Source: the human T2T-CHM13v2.0 reference genome, Homo sapiens
Length of the DNA: 64,000 bases
Assembly: GCF_009914755.1 (NCBI RefSeq)
Contig: NC_060926.1
Reading direction: 5' to 3' (one strand)
Translations under genes and position numbers: made by a program
Shown here: positions 1 through 14,210 of the stretch, in pieces
Layout: each line of letters starts with the position of its first letter
How positions within the stretch are numbered: the first letter of the stretch is position 1
The notes under the pieces: generated by a model
Database searches by the model: none
What the model was told of the DNA's origin: nothing
The model's input: only the letters and a program-made list of their open reading frames with translations

Positions 1-199
1 CATGAAGAGTGGGGTATAGGACAGCTGAAAGTTTGGAATTTGGTGGCATAGGGAAAATAACCTCATCTGACTCCTATGTACCTGATTAAACTTTTACTAT
101 ATGTTGCTTATGGTTAATAAGAATTCTTTGGAAAAGAAGACTACCTGTCAGTTACACGAGCCATATATAAAATCTTTTTTTAAAAAAATACTTAGACCA

Positions 200-491
<292 letters not shown>

Positions 492-1546
492 TACTTAGAC
501 CATTACAGATTAAGCTCAAGCTCCCTTCCCTTTTACTCGTAATCTGGTCCATGTGTGCTCCTTTCTTTCTCAGAGGCATCCACTACTGTGACTTATAACG
601 AGTCATGTGTTTTTCTTAACATTTATACACATTTATGAGCCCACAGGTAATACATATTATTGTTATCCATTTTCATAAGCATCTCTTTCAAATGCCTGTT
701 GTAGGAGTCCTAGCTAGAAGATGGAGCAAACTACGTCTCCTCTTTTGCAGTAGTGATATTCTCAGGAATGCCAGAAGATGGGATTATACTGACAAAGACA
801 ATTATCCTGAAAAACTAATTATCTGGGGGTATTTGTGAAAAGAAACACGAAAATGTGTGTTCAAGTAATAGATTATGGGGAAATGGGAAGTCCAACACTG
901 GGTTAACACTAGCTCATCTTATATTTGGGGTCAGCTAGTGTTGTGAATCAATCCAGTATTAATGTTGCAATAAGATGCAAAGAAGAGTCAGCTTTATTGC
1001 ACAAATGAACAGAAAGGGGATAAACAACCACAGAAAAAAACATACACCTGAATCCTTTCATACCTCCATGTTTCTGTGTTGAGTAGAGAGAGGGTGAAAG
1101 TATAAGCGTCCTCAGTGCTGTGTGATACAAAGAAGGAGGGATGGTGTATGTGAAGGAAGAACAAGCCAAAGCCCTCCTGGCATGAATGTACATGGGAGTG
1201 AGTGGGAAAGACACTGTCCATTACTATATAACATTTATTCTCAAAACATGGAACTGAGATTTAACAGAATGTTATTATCCTTTTAGTCTGAATCAATTAT
1301 TCATATCAGACCAGAATACATTGTCTCTCAATTTATTAACAGTACCCAGAAATTTTATTCTTTCTGAAATATTTATTTAGAATCTCTTATGTTCCAGTCA
1401 CAATTTTCAGAGGCAGTTTCTGAATATATAGAATTCTATATATAATATTCAGAATTGTATTCTATAGTTACCTCAAAAGGCAATGCAGGGATTTTAATAC
1501 CTTACATGAGATAAAAATATGTGAAAGCAGTTTGCATGATCTAAAA

Positions 1547-1765
1547 CAGGATTTAGCAAACTTTTTCTGTAAAAGGCCAGGTAGCAAATATTTTCAGCTT
1601 TCTTGGCCAAATGAATAGGTGGCCAGATTTTAGCTCTTCAATTCTGCTGTTGTACAAGAATAGCCATGAACAACACACAAATAAGCATAGCTGTGTTTCA
1701 ACACAACTTTACTTACACAACTGTTAGCAGAGTTTAGAACACAGGCCATGGTTTGCCAACCCCTA
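1547..1765. mobile_element. MER58A-like hAT-Charlie DNA transposon
   Basis: Starts CAGGATTTAGCAAACTTTTTCTGTAAAAGGCCAG and ends GTTTGCCAACCCCT (terminal inverted repeats); about 220 bp. Confidence 0.85.
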
Positions 1766-1930
1766 CGGCTTCTTCCTCCCATAAGTTCTCCTGAAAATGA
1801 ACACTTAGCAAATAATGACTTTATGTTTTCACTTTGAGAGCTTTTCTTCTTCTGATGTCCCTTTAAGAATATGAAGTAACTCATAAAAGGAAAACGATGT
1901 TTGATGTGATCTCTAAACTTAGGATCACTA

Positions 1931-2090
1931 ATTCATTCAGCAGTTATTCACTGAATGCCACATTTGTGCCAAGCACTGCTTTAAGTGCTGGCAAAATAGA
2001 GATGAACGATGCACAACTGGTTCTCAGGAAGCTTATAGTTGCATGATGATAGACAGGTAAAGAGAAAACTACAGTCTGCTATTGAGAGAG
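1931..2090 (-). mobile_element. L2 3' end fragment
   Basis: ATTCATTCAGCAGTTATTCACTGAATGCC...GTGCCAAGCACTG matches the reverse of the L2 terminus. Confidence 0.7.
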
Positions 2091-2579
2091 GTTGTTCAAG
2101 ACTCAACAGTTATGGCACACTCTTAGAAAAGCCCTGTGGGAACCTGGTGCTCAAGTTCTTTGAGTGTAGGAGGTAAGAAGGTTGTTGTTCACCTGGACCA
2201 TGAAGATTCATATTTCCTGTTTTGCACGACTCAAGGACAACTCTATCCTGTGCTCCATTTCTCTTGTGGGCAGTAATTCTGGTATACCTTGAAGGATGCT
2301 TGCTCTTCAAAGAATCCTCCTAATCCTTGACGTGATTCTGTTCCCTTACTTGGAAAGTGATTGCCCTTTGAAATTCCACTCTAAGGTGATGCTGAGTGCC
2401 AGGTTACCTGTATTCTTGTTTTCCTGCACCATTACCTAGCCTTAGATAAGTCTCTGCATCTCTTTGAGCTTTATTATTCCACATTTTAAAATGACTGCTT
2501 TTGAGTGCTAAAGGATAAAGAGCAGATACACAGAATAGAAGAACCGGAGAAGAATCAAAAATTAAGAAATATATTCTAT

Positions 2580-2760
2580 ATGTGAGGCACTTTCGCTTAC
2601 AATGTCATGTACATCTCCAGCCTGAACCTGAGAGGATTTATTAATAACACCATTTTACAGACAATGAAGCCGGGTCTTAGAGGCTTAGCAACTTAGCTAA
2701 TTAACAAAAAGCCAAGATGCAAATTTAAGTCTGTGATATCTTAGATCTCTGCCTTCTTTC
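2580..2760 (-). mobile_element. MIR fragment
   Basis: CATTTTACAGACAATGAAGCC...AGAGGCTTAGCAACTT resembles the MIR core. Confidence 0.65.
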
Positions 2761-3662
2761 CATATGCTCCTTATCTCCCCTTGAGGTTCATAACATCCAA
2801 AGACTATACACTGTAATCACAGACTAAGTAAAAAAAACAAAGCATGAGAAACCAAATAATAAGAGAAGTTAAATAACAATGAAAAAGATGCTACAAAATA
2901 TATGTGTTTAAGCAGGAAATAAACATTACACAAAATATGGACCACATGATTTCAGTGGGTTGTGGTGGTGGGAAAACATAATAAAGAGTAGATTTCAACT
3001 GAGTCATAGAAAAATGGTTTGAGTGTGTGTGGGTTTGGGAGTGTGTGTTTGTGAGAGAGAGAGGAGAGAGAAATAATTCTGTCATTCTAGTTTTACCAGG
3101 TCTTAAACATGACATTTAACAAGATAGAATTTTTGTGTAGATTTCCTGGCATCTACCAGTGAGATTCAGACAAATTATACTGACTGGAAACCTGTTTCGT
3201 CATTTGACAGATGTGGCTTCAATCCTTACCACCTTATTCACTAACTATGGATCCAATCCTTTTTGAGCCTTAATTTTTTACCTCTGTAAGACTGAAGTTA
3301 TTATATGATTCAATCTATAATTCAAAGTCACTCTCTATGGTCCATTAATCTTCTTTGAAGGCCAAACAGGTAAGCTAAAGAAAAATGTGATAGTAATTAA
3401 GACCACTGCATCTTTCAGGGTTTTAATGGTGATATTAATGTCTTACTTTTTCCAGGGTTGTATTGTTGCACATGATTTGCTATTATGAAACAGAGGGGAA
3501 GTTTCTAGGGTTCTGACCTGGTATTTTTCCTTCTCGATTATGTCCCACACCTATGAAATGCTATTTCATAGCCTATGTGTGAGCCTATTTCAGTGAGCCC
3601 AGGTGGGAATTCAGTCAGTGTTAGGGTATGTTTATTCTACCTGTGTATTAAGAAGCTGGAGG

Positions 3663-3971
3663 GGACGGGGCACTGTGGCTCATGCCTGTAATCCCACCAC
3701 TTTGGGAGGCTGAGGCAGGTGGATCACTTGAGGTCAGGAGTTCAAGACCAACCTGGCCAACGTGGTGAAACCCTGTCTCTACTAAAAATACAAAAATTAG
3801 CCAGGCTTGGTGGTGCATGCATGTAATCCCAGCTACTCGGATGGCTGAGGCAAGAGAATCCCTTGAACTTGGGAGGCAAAGTTTGCAGTAAGCCAAAGTT
3901 GTACCATTGCACTCCAGCCTGGGTAACAGTGCAACTCGAAAAAAAAAAAAAAAAAGAAAAAGAAAGAAGGA
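3663..3971 (+). mobile_element. AluS (Sz/Sx-like), full length
   Basis: Complete dimer with a poly-A tail grading into a microsatellite; source of ORFs 3648..4052, 3742..4014 and 3863..4150. Confidence 0.96.
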
Positions 3972-3999
3972 AAGCAAGCAAGCAAGCAAGCAAGCAAGC
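3972..3999 (+). repeat. (AAGC)7 microsatellite in Alu tail
   Basis: Seven perfect AAGC units read directly. Confidence 0.95.
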
Positions 4000-5937
4000 A
4001 AACTGGGGGGACAAAAAAACACAGGGTGGGTCTGTAGAATTACTGCACCCATTGACAGATAGCTTTAGATTACATGTCTATTGTTTACCAGATCCTCATG
4101 AACCTCCACTCAAACTAGGGGAGCCCGGTGCTATTTTAATAGCTCTATAATAGCTCCATAATTAGTATTAACCAAGAGGCCATGTGTAGTAACTGCTGAA
4201 ATATTTGGTAATTTCTTTTTGGTCTGTGCTCAGATATCCTGCTAAAGACACAGGTCCCTTTTGAGAGACTTTGGAGGAAGATTTACATATATAAATATGG
4301 CAGGATCCTTCCTCAGGGGTCCTTCCCCAGCTTCATCTTCATTGAGGGGATGCAAGTCTGAAATGGGTCAGCTCTGGGTGACATTCCGTTGTGGAATTCA
4401 AGTTTTTTCTCTACACATTATATCTAAATACTTTCAGATCTTAAAGATCAAGTCATACTTTGGTAAGATGCCTGTGTGTTTTATTCTTAGTGACATCATG
4501 ATATGTTAGCCAACACAAAATAACTTTAAAGGTGATGATTACTGAGGCCCTGCTCTAACCTTACAGTAATTGTCCTTACCTTATATCCGATAATTAAGCA
4601 GGGATACATCTCCGCCAGTCCAGGATTCCATTAACCCCACTGAAATCAGAAAATCTATATCAATATCAGCAGCTTCTACCATCATTCCAGCATACAGAGG
4701 AAATCCTCAAGGATTTGTTTCCTGAATTAAAGCACTTTTGGATGTCTTAGCAAAATAAATATCATTTTAGCCCTATAAGGAGACATTCTGGAGAAAGGAA
4801 AAGAAGGTAGGAAGGTTGCTGCAAGAAAAATCAACTCCAATATTTCTGTCTCCTTAAATTTTGGGATTTATTTCTTTCACCAGGGAAGTTCTGGGATGTA
4901 AATTTCATTAACTTTAAATCAACATTGGCTTTAGGGTTTTTTCAACCAATCAAGAAAATTGCTAGAACAACTTCTAACTGTTCAGGCTAATGTATTGAAC
5001 CATCATCTCTAAGTACATGGATGCATCAACATAGCTTCAAACCAACATTATTCCCGTCCTCTTTGACCTATGGATTTTAGAATTAATTTCTACATATATG
5101 CCATGTGTTTTTCTCATATCACTTAGCAAGAACCTGAAATTCTCTAATCATGTGAATTATTGTCTGCTGGGTTAGACTTTGCCCTTTTACTCCCAGGATG
5201 ATGATGAGCTCTTTCTCTAGTTTTCAGTCTAAAGACAATAAGGAGTAGTTATGAAGAGATTTGGCATCTACGTTTGAGACGATGGCCTCAGATGTGATAA
5301 TTACTTGCCTTTAAACAGGAAAGGCTACTCTTTTCAGACAGAAAAGGAGGATTGAATTTCTCTGGAAAGAGAGACTCAGTGGGATTTGGGGATTGAAGGT
5401 TATCACGTCCCCTAAGTGCAACTAAATTCCTCTACCCCAAATGTTAGTTCTCGTTCCTTGTCATTCAATGCTTGAAATTAAACATAAGAGGCTTGACAAA
5501 GATGTAAACTCAACTTACATTGCAGCATCAAACTTAGTATTTATTTTAAACTGTATTAATCCCGTGTCTATTAAAAGAATTATTTTGGGGGGTCCATCAT
5601 AGAATATATCCAGTTCTGTATCTTGGACTGAGAGTTTAGTGCCCTCAGCCTGTAATTTCCTTCTCTAAACTCTTCAGTGCAGTAAGAAATAGCCAGCCAA
5701 TTGCATGATTCTTAGTGTAACCATTACTACCATAATGGTCAAGTTCATTAGCACTTGGTCTCCAAATGCCTTATGTACTTTACTCCAAGCCACCACTGAT
5801 AATTTAAGTACTTTCCATGGATTATCAGAATCCCATTTACCAATATCAATGAGCTCACTTCAGCTTACAAGTCTAATCAGGTAAGATAACCAATTCTATT
5901 TTCCAAAATCTGAGAGACAGTTAACTGGAACCATTCC

Positions 5938-6458
5938 TGTTTTAGTTTGGATCCCATCAGGAAAACGTATCCATTCTGGGTATTACAAAGAGAGTATCTT
6001 TTATATTAACAATGGTTTACAAATATGTTGGAAGGACCGGAGGAGCAAAATAAGAAGGGGTATTAGAAGATGAGAAAGAAAGAATATCTGTGTGTAACAC
6101 TCAGCTCAAGTGGTAAATTCCCTGGGCTGTTACCCATAAGACTGCCTTATTTATTTTTGGAAGTACTATAGTTCCTGGACCTGGAAGAGTTCCTGAAGAG
6201 TTGCTGATGAGCTCAGGGTTTCTGGAGTTTGCAGTCACTTTGTCCCTCCTGCTGTAACAGGGTGAGACACTTTGTGGGAGCCAGGAAGAGAGACCTTCTC
6301 CCTTCCTCCTGCCTTCTAATCTCCTACCAGTGCTTCCCACTGGCCAACTTTAAACACATATATAAAAGTTATATTAATCTGGGAAATGTAGGGTTATTTT
6401 TTTCTATTACTCCAGTCCAGCAGTTCAGAGCAGAGTGTAAAAGTTATGGGTATGGGTT
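5938..6458 (-). mobile_element. Old ERVL-class LTR (LTR33-related), interrupted by MLT2A
   Basis: Minus strand reads CTACATTTCCCAGA...GGCCAGTGGGAAGCACTGGTAGGAGATTAGAAGGCAGGAGGAAGG, typical of LTR33-like elements; family and ends uncertain. Confidence 0.55.
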
Positions 6459-7005
6459 TGTCATGTTTGATATTGAGTGTCAACTTAACTTGATTGAAGA
6501 ATGCAAACTATCGTTCCTGGGTGCGTCTGTGAGGGTGCTGTCAAAGATTAACCTTTGAGTCAGTGCATTTGGAAAGGCAGACCCACCTTCATTCTGGGTG
6601 GGCACAATCTAATCAGCTGCCAGTTTGGCCAGAATTAAAGCAGGCAGAAGAATGTGGAAAGACTGGACTGGCTAAGTCTTCTGGGCTCCATCTTTCTTCT
6701 GTTCTGTATGCTTCTTGCCCTCAAACATCAGACTCCAAGTTCTTCATCTTTTGGACTCCTGGGTATACACCAGTGATTTGCCAGGGGCTCTTGGGCCTTC
6801 AGCCACAGACTGAAGGCTGCACTGTTGGCTTCCCTACTTTTGAGTGTTTGGGACTTGGGACTGGCTTCTTGACTCCTTAGCTTGCAGAAGGCCTATTATG
6901 GGACTTCACATTTTGATCATGTGAGTCAATTCACCTAGCAAAGTCCCCTTCATATATTCATCTATCCTAATAGTTCTGCCCCTCTAGAGAACCCTGACTA
7001 ATACA
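6459..7005 (+). mobile_element. MLT2A (MLT2A2-length) solo LTR of HERV-L
   Basis: TG...CA termini, ends CTAGAGAACCCTGACTAATACA, 547 bp, perfect 5-bp TSD GGGTT (6454-6458 / 7006-7010). Confidence 0.93.
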
Positions 7006-7117
7006 GGGTTTGAGCAACAATCTTTGAATACTGACAAATTGGAACCTTAAGTATATGATTTACCATATTAGACTTTATTGTAAGATTCATATTGTAATAT
7101 AAAATCTATGGACATGA

Positions 7118-7443
<326 letters not shown>

Positions 7444-7464
7444 TAATTAGGACTATCACCTCTC

Positions 7465-7620
7465 AGTGAGACAGGGTTCAAATTATGACTACCATATAGA
7501 TTTAGTTTTATGACTTTCAACTTGATATTTCTCCTTAAAGGGGCTCTTCGTTTTTCTATTTGTAAAATGGGGGATATATGCCTTATTAAGTGGTGTATAT
7601 TAAATGCGTCAACAGCCATG
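7465..7620 (+). mobile_element. MIR fragment
   Basis: GGGTTCAAAT...TTTTTCTATTTGTAAAATGGGGGATA MIR core. Confidence 0.65.
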
Positions 7621-7885
7621 ACACATAAAAGTCCTCTTCTAATATTTGTGCTGATGGTGGTGATGATGGCAATGTCCATGAAGATGTCAGCATTGGTAGT
7701 GATGATGCTGAAAGCTGATACTGATGATTTTTTCTCTATAGTGAGAGAATTCATTATTTTGCTTATATTTTCAAAGTGATCAAAGATTCTCCAAATGTTA
7801 ATAATTACTACTAAGGGTAATAAGGGACTACTGAGAGTTTTGAGAAGGCAAGCGACATAAAGCAGCTTTGGGATTATTAACCTAA

Positions 7886-8221
<336 letters not shown>

Positions 8222-8739
8222 AAGTGGAGGTTAAAGAGAATGATACAAGACCATTACAGTCATTTATTAACAATTCTTTGCTAGGTATTAAACAAGTTAT
8301 AAAGTTTTAAATTAAGAAAATTTTGATACAAGGTATTCCCTACTCTGAAGAAATTATGTAATTGGTATGTGATTGAGATTATTCATATGTGATGATATTT
8401 TTGAAATATAAGCAACAGATCTTGGTTCCTGAGTGTGAGAAATGAGAGAGAGTGGACATTAAGTAGGTCCTTCAACAGAAATAGCAAAATCAGGAGTAAA
8501 TATCCAGTTGGAAGATACAGTATCAATTTTTATTTCCTCCTTCCTTTCTTTTCTGAAAAGAGAAGTTTTTTGCTATTTACAATATAAGACAATTTATTTT
8601 GTATTTTAACTTTTCTAAATTAAAAAATCTACCTACTTATTCCAGTTTTATAAAATAAGCATTGAAGTCAATTTTTCTACATTTTGACACTTCCCCTCTA
8701 CAAATTTTTAACCTTCACAGATATTCTCTATGTTAGTAT

Positions 8740-8785
8740 AATTCAGTCTTATGCAGGAGAACAATTCAGTCTAATGCAGGAGAAT
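8740..8785. repeat. 23-bp tandem duplication (2 copies)
   Basis: AATTCAGTCTTATGCAGGAGAAC followed by AATTCAGTCTAATGCAGGAGAAT. Confidence 0.9.
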
Positions 8786-10099
8786 ACCTCCACCATATAA
8801 CGACTGGTACAATTGTCCCAATCAAGGCTGGGATTGATGCCTAGCAGCGACAATGAAGATGGCAATTATCCAAGCTCTATCATTGTGAGCAGCATCACTT
8901 ACTCTCTTTGAAGATAGAGTGCAAACCATAAAGATGATGCATTCCAGATGCGAACTTTCTCAAGAACTATAAAGATTCCACCTCTAATAACCCGAAGTGT
9001 CAGAAATAGAAGGAATGCCCTTGGCAGAGAATATGCTGTGTTCGTTTCGATCCAGACACCTACTGCTACTTTGGTATCCTTCAATGGATTTTTATTTAAT
9101 TTGGCTCTTAAAACATCCTTTGAAGGAGTGTTTGCTCAGCTCAGGGATCCTCCTAGCAGCAATGCCTGATCACTAGCAGGCTTTTTATTGGCTCTTCATG
9201 ACAATGCAGGTCCCTGAACTTGTCTGTTTCCATTTGTAAGTCAATCCCTACCTCCGTAGCAGCCAACAGGTAATTTTTTTCTTTTTCCCACACAGACCCT
9301 ATGGGGAAAAAAGGAAGCTGCAACATTGCTAGCACTTTAAAAATACAGTAGTCAGGCAGAAAAAAAAAAAACACAGTGTTACTTAGTGTCTTTTTCCTTG
9401 ACAAAAGCCAAGTGGGAAATTCTGCTCTGATTGAAATCATTTAGGTAAACAACAATAACAGAAACAAAATTATATACTACACAGGCATACACATAGGCAA
9501 TCACAAAAACACAATGTAGACAAATATATAAACTTAATCATCTATTGACAATGGAGGAAATCTTTGTGGCTCTATCAGCTGTGAATACTATATAACACCC
9601 TTCCTTAAAAATATGTTGGATGTGTGTGTGTATAAAATTGGGTATAGGCTAACTTCTTAAAGTTAGAAATATAAAAACCTTTCTAGATATTGTGGATTCT
9701 TCTATTCATGATTTTCTACATGGCTCTCTCCTGATTTCTTTTAAACAAAAGATAACTGTTCATCATATCCATAATGGCTTCCAAATCATTGAAGAGAAAA
9801 ATATTTAAGTCAGTTGATCAATTTCCTAAAAAAAAAATTAAAAAAATTTTTGTCTCATATTGTAGTAGGCATGAATCCTGAGGCATAAAGAACCATACTT
9901 TTTCCCACTCTTACCTTGGTACAAGTATCAAACCATTAAAAAACTTCACAGTCTTACTATCCTAGGAAGCTTCAAGAAATGGAAACACAAAATTCTGATA
10001 CTTCTGGGAAGCTGGCTTATGTGACCATCATTGGATCAGGCTCTGATAATGCAATGAGAAGGCAAAGAACTTACATCGTTTCTGCTGACGTGTAAAAGG

Positions 10100-10306
10100 A
10101 AGTGGTACACTAGTAAATGCTCAACAATCAACTGTCTGGAAAAAACAAACATGCAGTTTTTAGTGTTTTTTAATTTCCCTTGTGCAAATATTCCTATCAA
10201 GCCTGATTTCAAGCTATCACATGGCATCAGTGAATGCAAAAATGGAGATGAGAAGCACATAACTGGCTCTTCTAAGTCATTAGGAGTCAGTTCAAGCACA
10301 CCACTG
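10100..10306. mobile_element. MER63A-like hAT-Blackjack DNA transposon
   Basis: AGTGGTACACTAGTAAATG...GATTTCAAGCTA...AGCACACCACTG, terminal inverted repeats, about 207 bp. Confidence 0.85.
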
Positions 10307-10659
10307 AAACATCTTCAGAAAGGGACTGAGCTATGTTGAGTGTCATAATTTGAAGGACAAAACATCTTTTAATGTTTTTCCCGCCCAACTCTTCTACAGA
10401 AAGTTGAGGCTAATTTTCTCTCTCAGCACAGTGGTGCTGCTTGGTAGGCAACATGATAACAATAAAATCTAAAAGTTTTGGGCATAATCATGTTTATCTA
10501 CTTTCATGGCAACCCTAAAATGGCACAGCTACTGAAAAAAAAAGGTTCCTGGCACTCGTAAGAATTTCCTTTGAGATTATGGGACTTATTCATAAAAGAG
10601 TTGCTTTGTATTCTCTATTAGGACAAGACAAATTAGAGAGGTTTTCATTATTCCCCAAA

Positions 10660-10828
10660 CCCCTGTTACTCAAAGTGTGATATATGGGCCAGCAGTATCT
10701 GCATTACCTCAGAGCATGTTAGAAAAGCAAAATCTTAATCCTAAACCTAGAACAAATGCGTCAGAATCTCTATTTTAAAAAAAAATTCCCATATGTTTTG
10801 CATGCACATTAAAGTTTGAGAGACACTG
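10660..10828. mobile_element. MER5A1/MER5-family hAT-Charlie element
   Basis: TACTCAAAGTGTG...CCAGCAGTATCTGCATTACC...CAGAATCT...GCACATTAAAGTTTGAGAGACACTG. Confidence 0.85.
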
Positions 10829-11109
10829 CCCTAAATCACTGTTTTAAAGTTTTTCTTAGGTAGTATGAGATCTTCTGTTTCATTAAAACTTACACATTCT
10901 TTCTGAGGTGAATCTTTGTAATCCAAGTCTTTACTATTCTGGCTGAGTCAGAGAATATGGATGTATCAATGTAGTCCCTCCTCAGTTCTGGCAACTAAAA
11001 GCACTGCCAATATTTAATGGGAGTCCATACTCAATTTAGTGTATATGACAAAGGCTAACTCTCACTTTTAGGAACCAGAATTGAAGGTGAAGGTTGCTCA
11101 GAATTTCAT

Positions 11110-11250
11110 AATGTGAATACCAGTAGAAAAATGACTGGAAGGAAATATATCAAAATGATAATAATGTTTATCTCAAGGTAGTGAAATTTTAGGCACTTTC
11201 TTCTTTTCAAAAAATATCTTCCAAATTTTTTACAATCTGGTTTCATTTTA
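11110..11250 (+). mobile_element. Old L1M (L1ME/MC-type) 3' end fragment
   Basis: GACTGGAAGGAAATATATCAAAATG...TCCAAATTTTTTACAAT motif. Confidence 0.55.
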
Positions 11251-11265
11251 AAAACTTCAAAAAGA

Positions 11266-11574
11266 GGCCAGGTGAGGTGGTTCATGCCTGTAATCCCAGC
11301 ACTTTGGGAGGCCTAGGCGGGCGGATCACAAGGTCTGGAGTTTGAAACAAGCCTGGCCAACATAGTGAAACCCCGTCTCTGCTAAAAATACAAAAATTAG
11401 CCGAGTGTGGTAGCATGCACCTGTATTTCCAGCTACTGGGGAGGCTGAGGCAGGAGAATTGTTCAAATCTGGGAGGCGGAGGTTGCAGTGAGCCTAGCCG
11501 AGACTGTGCTATTGCACTCCAGCCTGGGCGACAGAGCGAGACTCCGTCTCAAAAAACAAAACAAACAAACAAAC
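11266..11574 (+). mobile_element. AluS (Sg-like), full length
   Basis: Dimer with (AAAC)n tail; perfect 16-bp TSD AAAAACTTCAAAAAGA (11250-11265 / 11575-11590). Confidence 0.97.
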
Positions 11575-12129
11575 AAAAACTTCAAAAAGAGAGAAAAAAA
11601 CATAAAATAGAAATCCTCTGTGAGTTTTTCTATAGATGCAATCAATGGGTAGTTATTTATGATTTATGATGTCTTTAACTCCTACATATCAGTTATTTTA
11701 TTAGCGTAATTAAATATTCCTAATTATTTGTTTTGCACCTGTTCTTTAGCCACAGAACTGCCCTTCTCATAAAAGCAGGGAACATTTCTAGCATGCCTTC
11801 TGGAAATAAGTGGGTACTTAATAAATATTTATTAAATTAATGGAAGACAAGGAGGGATAAATAGTATGATTTGGGGAAGCTTAACCAGAGTCAGATATAC
11901 ATTTTAAAGTTAGTGAAATAAGATTTTCCTATTCTCATTTCTCCTTTCTTTCAAATCTTTTATTTTCCCAGCCTCCACAGCTTATTGCCCCCTTTTGGGT
12001 CTCAACGTCTTCTCTCTCTCTCCTTCTCTATCTCCTCTCCAAATGGACCTTAGGTACACAGCATTAGATAAATCAGAATTCTTAATTTAGGCCTGACTCA
12101 CATCATGGTTCCACACCTGTAATCTTTCC

Positions 12130-12475
12130 CTTATTTACAGGTTTATTTTGAATAATATACTTAACACTGTGAATCTATCGCTCAATCTATTAAGAACATT
12201 GACAGTAATCTAAATAGACCTATATTCTCCCTCCCTGTTTTCACCCACAGTAAATACCATGCTTAATTTTATGTTTATTCCACAAATATTTTTAAATAAT
12301 TCTATCATATATATAATCTAAGCTAAAAGATATTTAATGTTATTATTCTTGAACTTCATGAAAAAGGCACCATGCTGTATATAGTTCCCATAACTTACTT
12401 CTTTCACATCATGTAACCAGGCTTCATCCATGTTATTGCATGTAGATGGAGTGTATTCATTTTCACTCAGTATAT
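12130..12475 (-). mobile_element. Old L1M (L1ME-type) 3' UTR fragment
   Basis: TTCATCCATGTTATTGCATGTAG...TTCATTTTCACT and upstream motifs match the reverse L1M 3' UTR. Confidence 0.65.
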
Positions 12476-13358
12476 CTCAGCTGCAGTGGTATATTTCAGC
12501 CACTGTCTTCAAAATTAGACAAATGGTAATGACATTGTTCCTGGCAAAGCCTAATGGCCTGTTCTCTTTTCCAAAAAAATATGTTCAGAAAGATATATGA
12601 TCTACCAACTATGAAATTCTGTAGATGTGATACTTTCTTGTAACATGAAAAATAAGGAATAATTTGTTATTTTTTAAATGAACCATCTTATATTTGTAAG
12701 GCCTGGAATAGCACTTGATACTAGATAACTAGAAATAGTGGGCTAATTTAGGAGAAATATTTCTGGTTTTAATGTTATTCAGTATCATATATGGGATGGT
12801 TGTTGAGGGAGATGAAAATCTTAGACTCTGACTGCAAGTCATATCTTCTTCAAACCACTCAGTGTGTAGAAATTTTAAACCTTTCTAGCTCCAAATATAT
12901 CTGTTTTGTTTCATTTAAATTAATTAAAGTATTCGTTCATTATAATTTCAGGATATTTGAACTCCCCACAAGACCATATGAAAGAGAAATGATATTTATC
13001 CTTGAGATGAAGTAACAAGTATGGCCAGAATCAGTGAGCCATAGTCCAATAGGCTCAAGTGAGATAGGAACATTTTGTCTACGATAACATTTCAATCACT
13101 GAATATCATAACAGACCTGGTATCAGTCTCCATTCTGAAGAAAGAAAAGTCAAAAGATGGACCAAAACAAGATCATAGATTTCAACTGAAAACTAAATTC
13201 GTTGATATGTCCCTTGCTTAGTCCACAATTGACGTTGTCTCCTAAAAGGTGCGGCACATATATCTTTGTATCAGTTTCCTTCTCTGGATTACTTGTGAGT
13301 CCCTTCTAGCCATTCATACCTGGTAATTTTATGCACTCCTTTCACTCTTCAGCGGTAG

Positions 13359-13772
<414 letters not shown>

Positions 13773-13969
13773 ATTATAGGCATCTTTAAAGGGTCCAATA
13801 TTCCTCCTAGACTGCTGTGAAATTCAAGGAGGAAACCTTTTCATAACTATTTTAACAAAATGCTTTTGCTGTTGTTGTGAATCTTTTTCTACATGTATCT
13901 ACAGACATACTGAATACTTGTTTTCTTATGAAAATCTGCTCCTAATATTAGAAAATCAGGTAGGGTAAA

Positions 13970-14210
13970 GCTGAGAAATAATGTTTAATCTGGAAGGCAA
14001 TGAGTATGGCCTGGGTTGAATTCTTGTTTTACCACAAATGACCACTGTAATTTGAGGCAGGAGACTTTACCTTCAAATGTTTTTTTTTATTTTTTCATCT
14101 CAAAACTGAAATAACAATAGATACTTCAGATGATTATTGTGAAAGTTAAATTACATAATGCTTATGAGAATTCCTAGCATAGCAGGCACTCCATAAAGAT
14201 TTGTGGATTC
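13970..14210 (+). mobile_element. MIR
   Basis: GGCCTGGGTTGAATTC...TTCATCTCAAAACTGAAATAACAATAG...TTGTGAAAGTTAAA...CCTAGCATAG. Confidence 0.7.
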
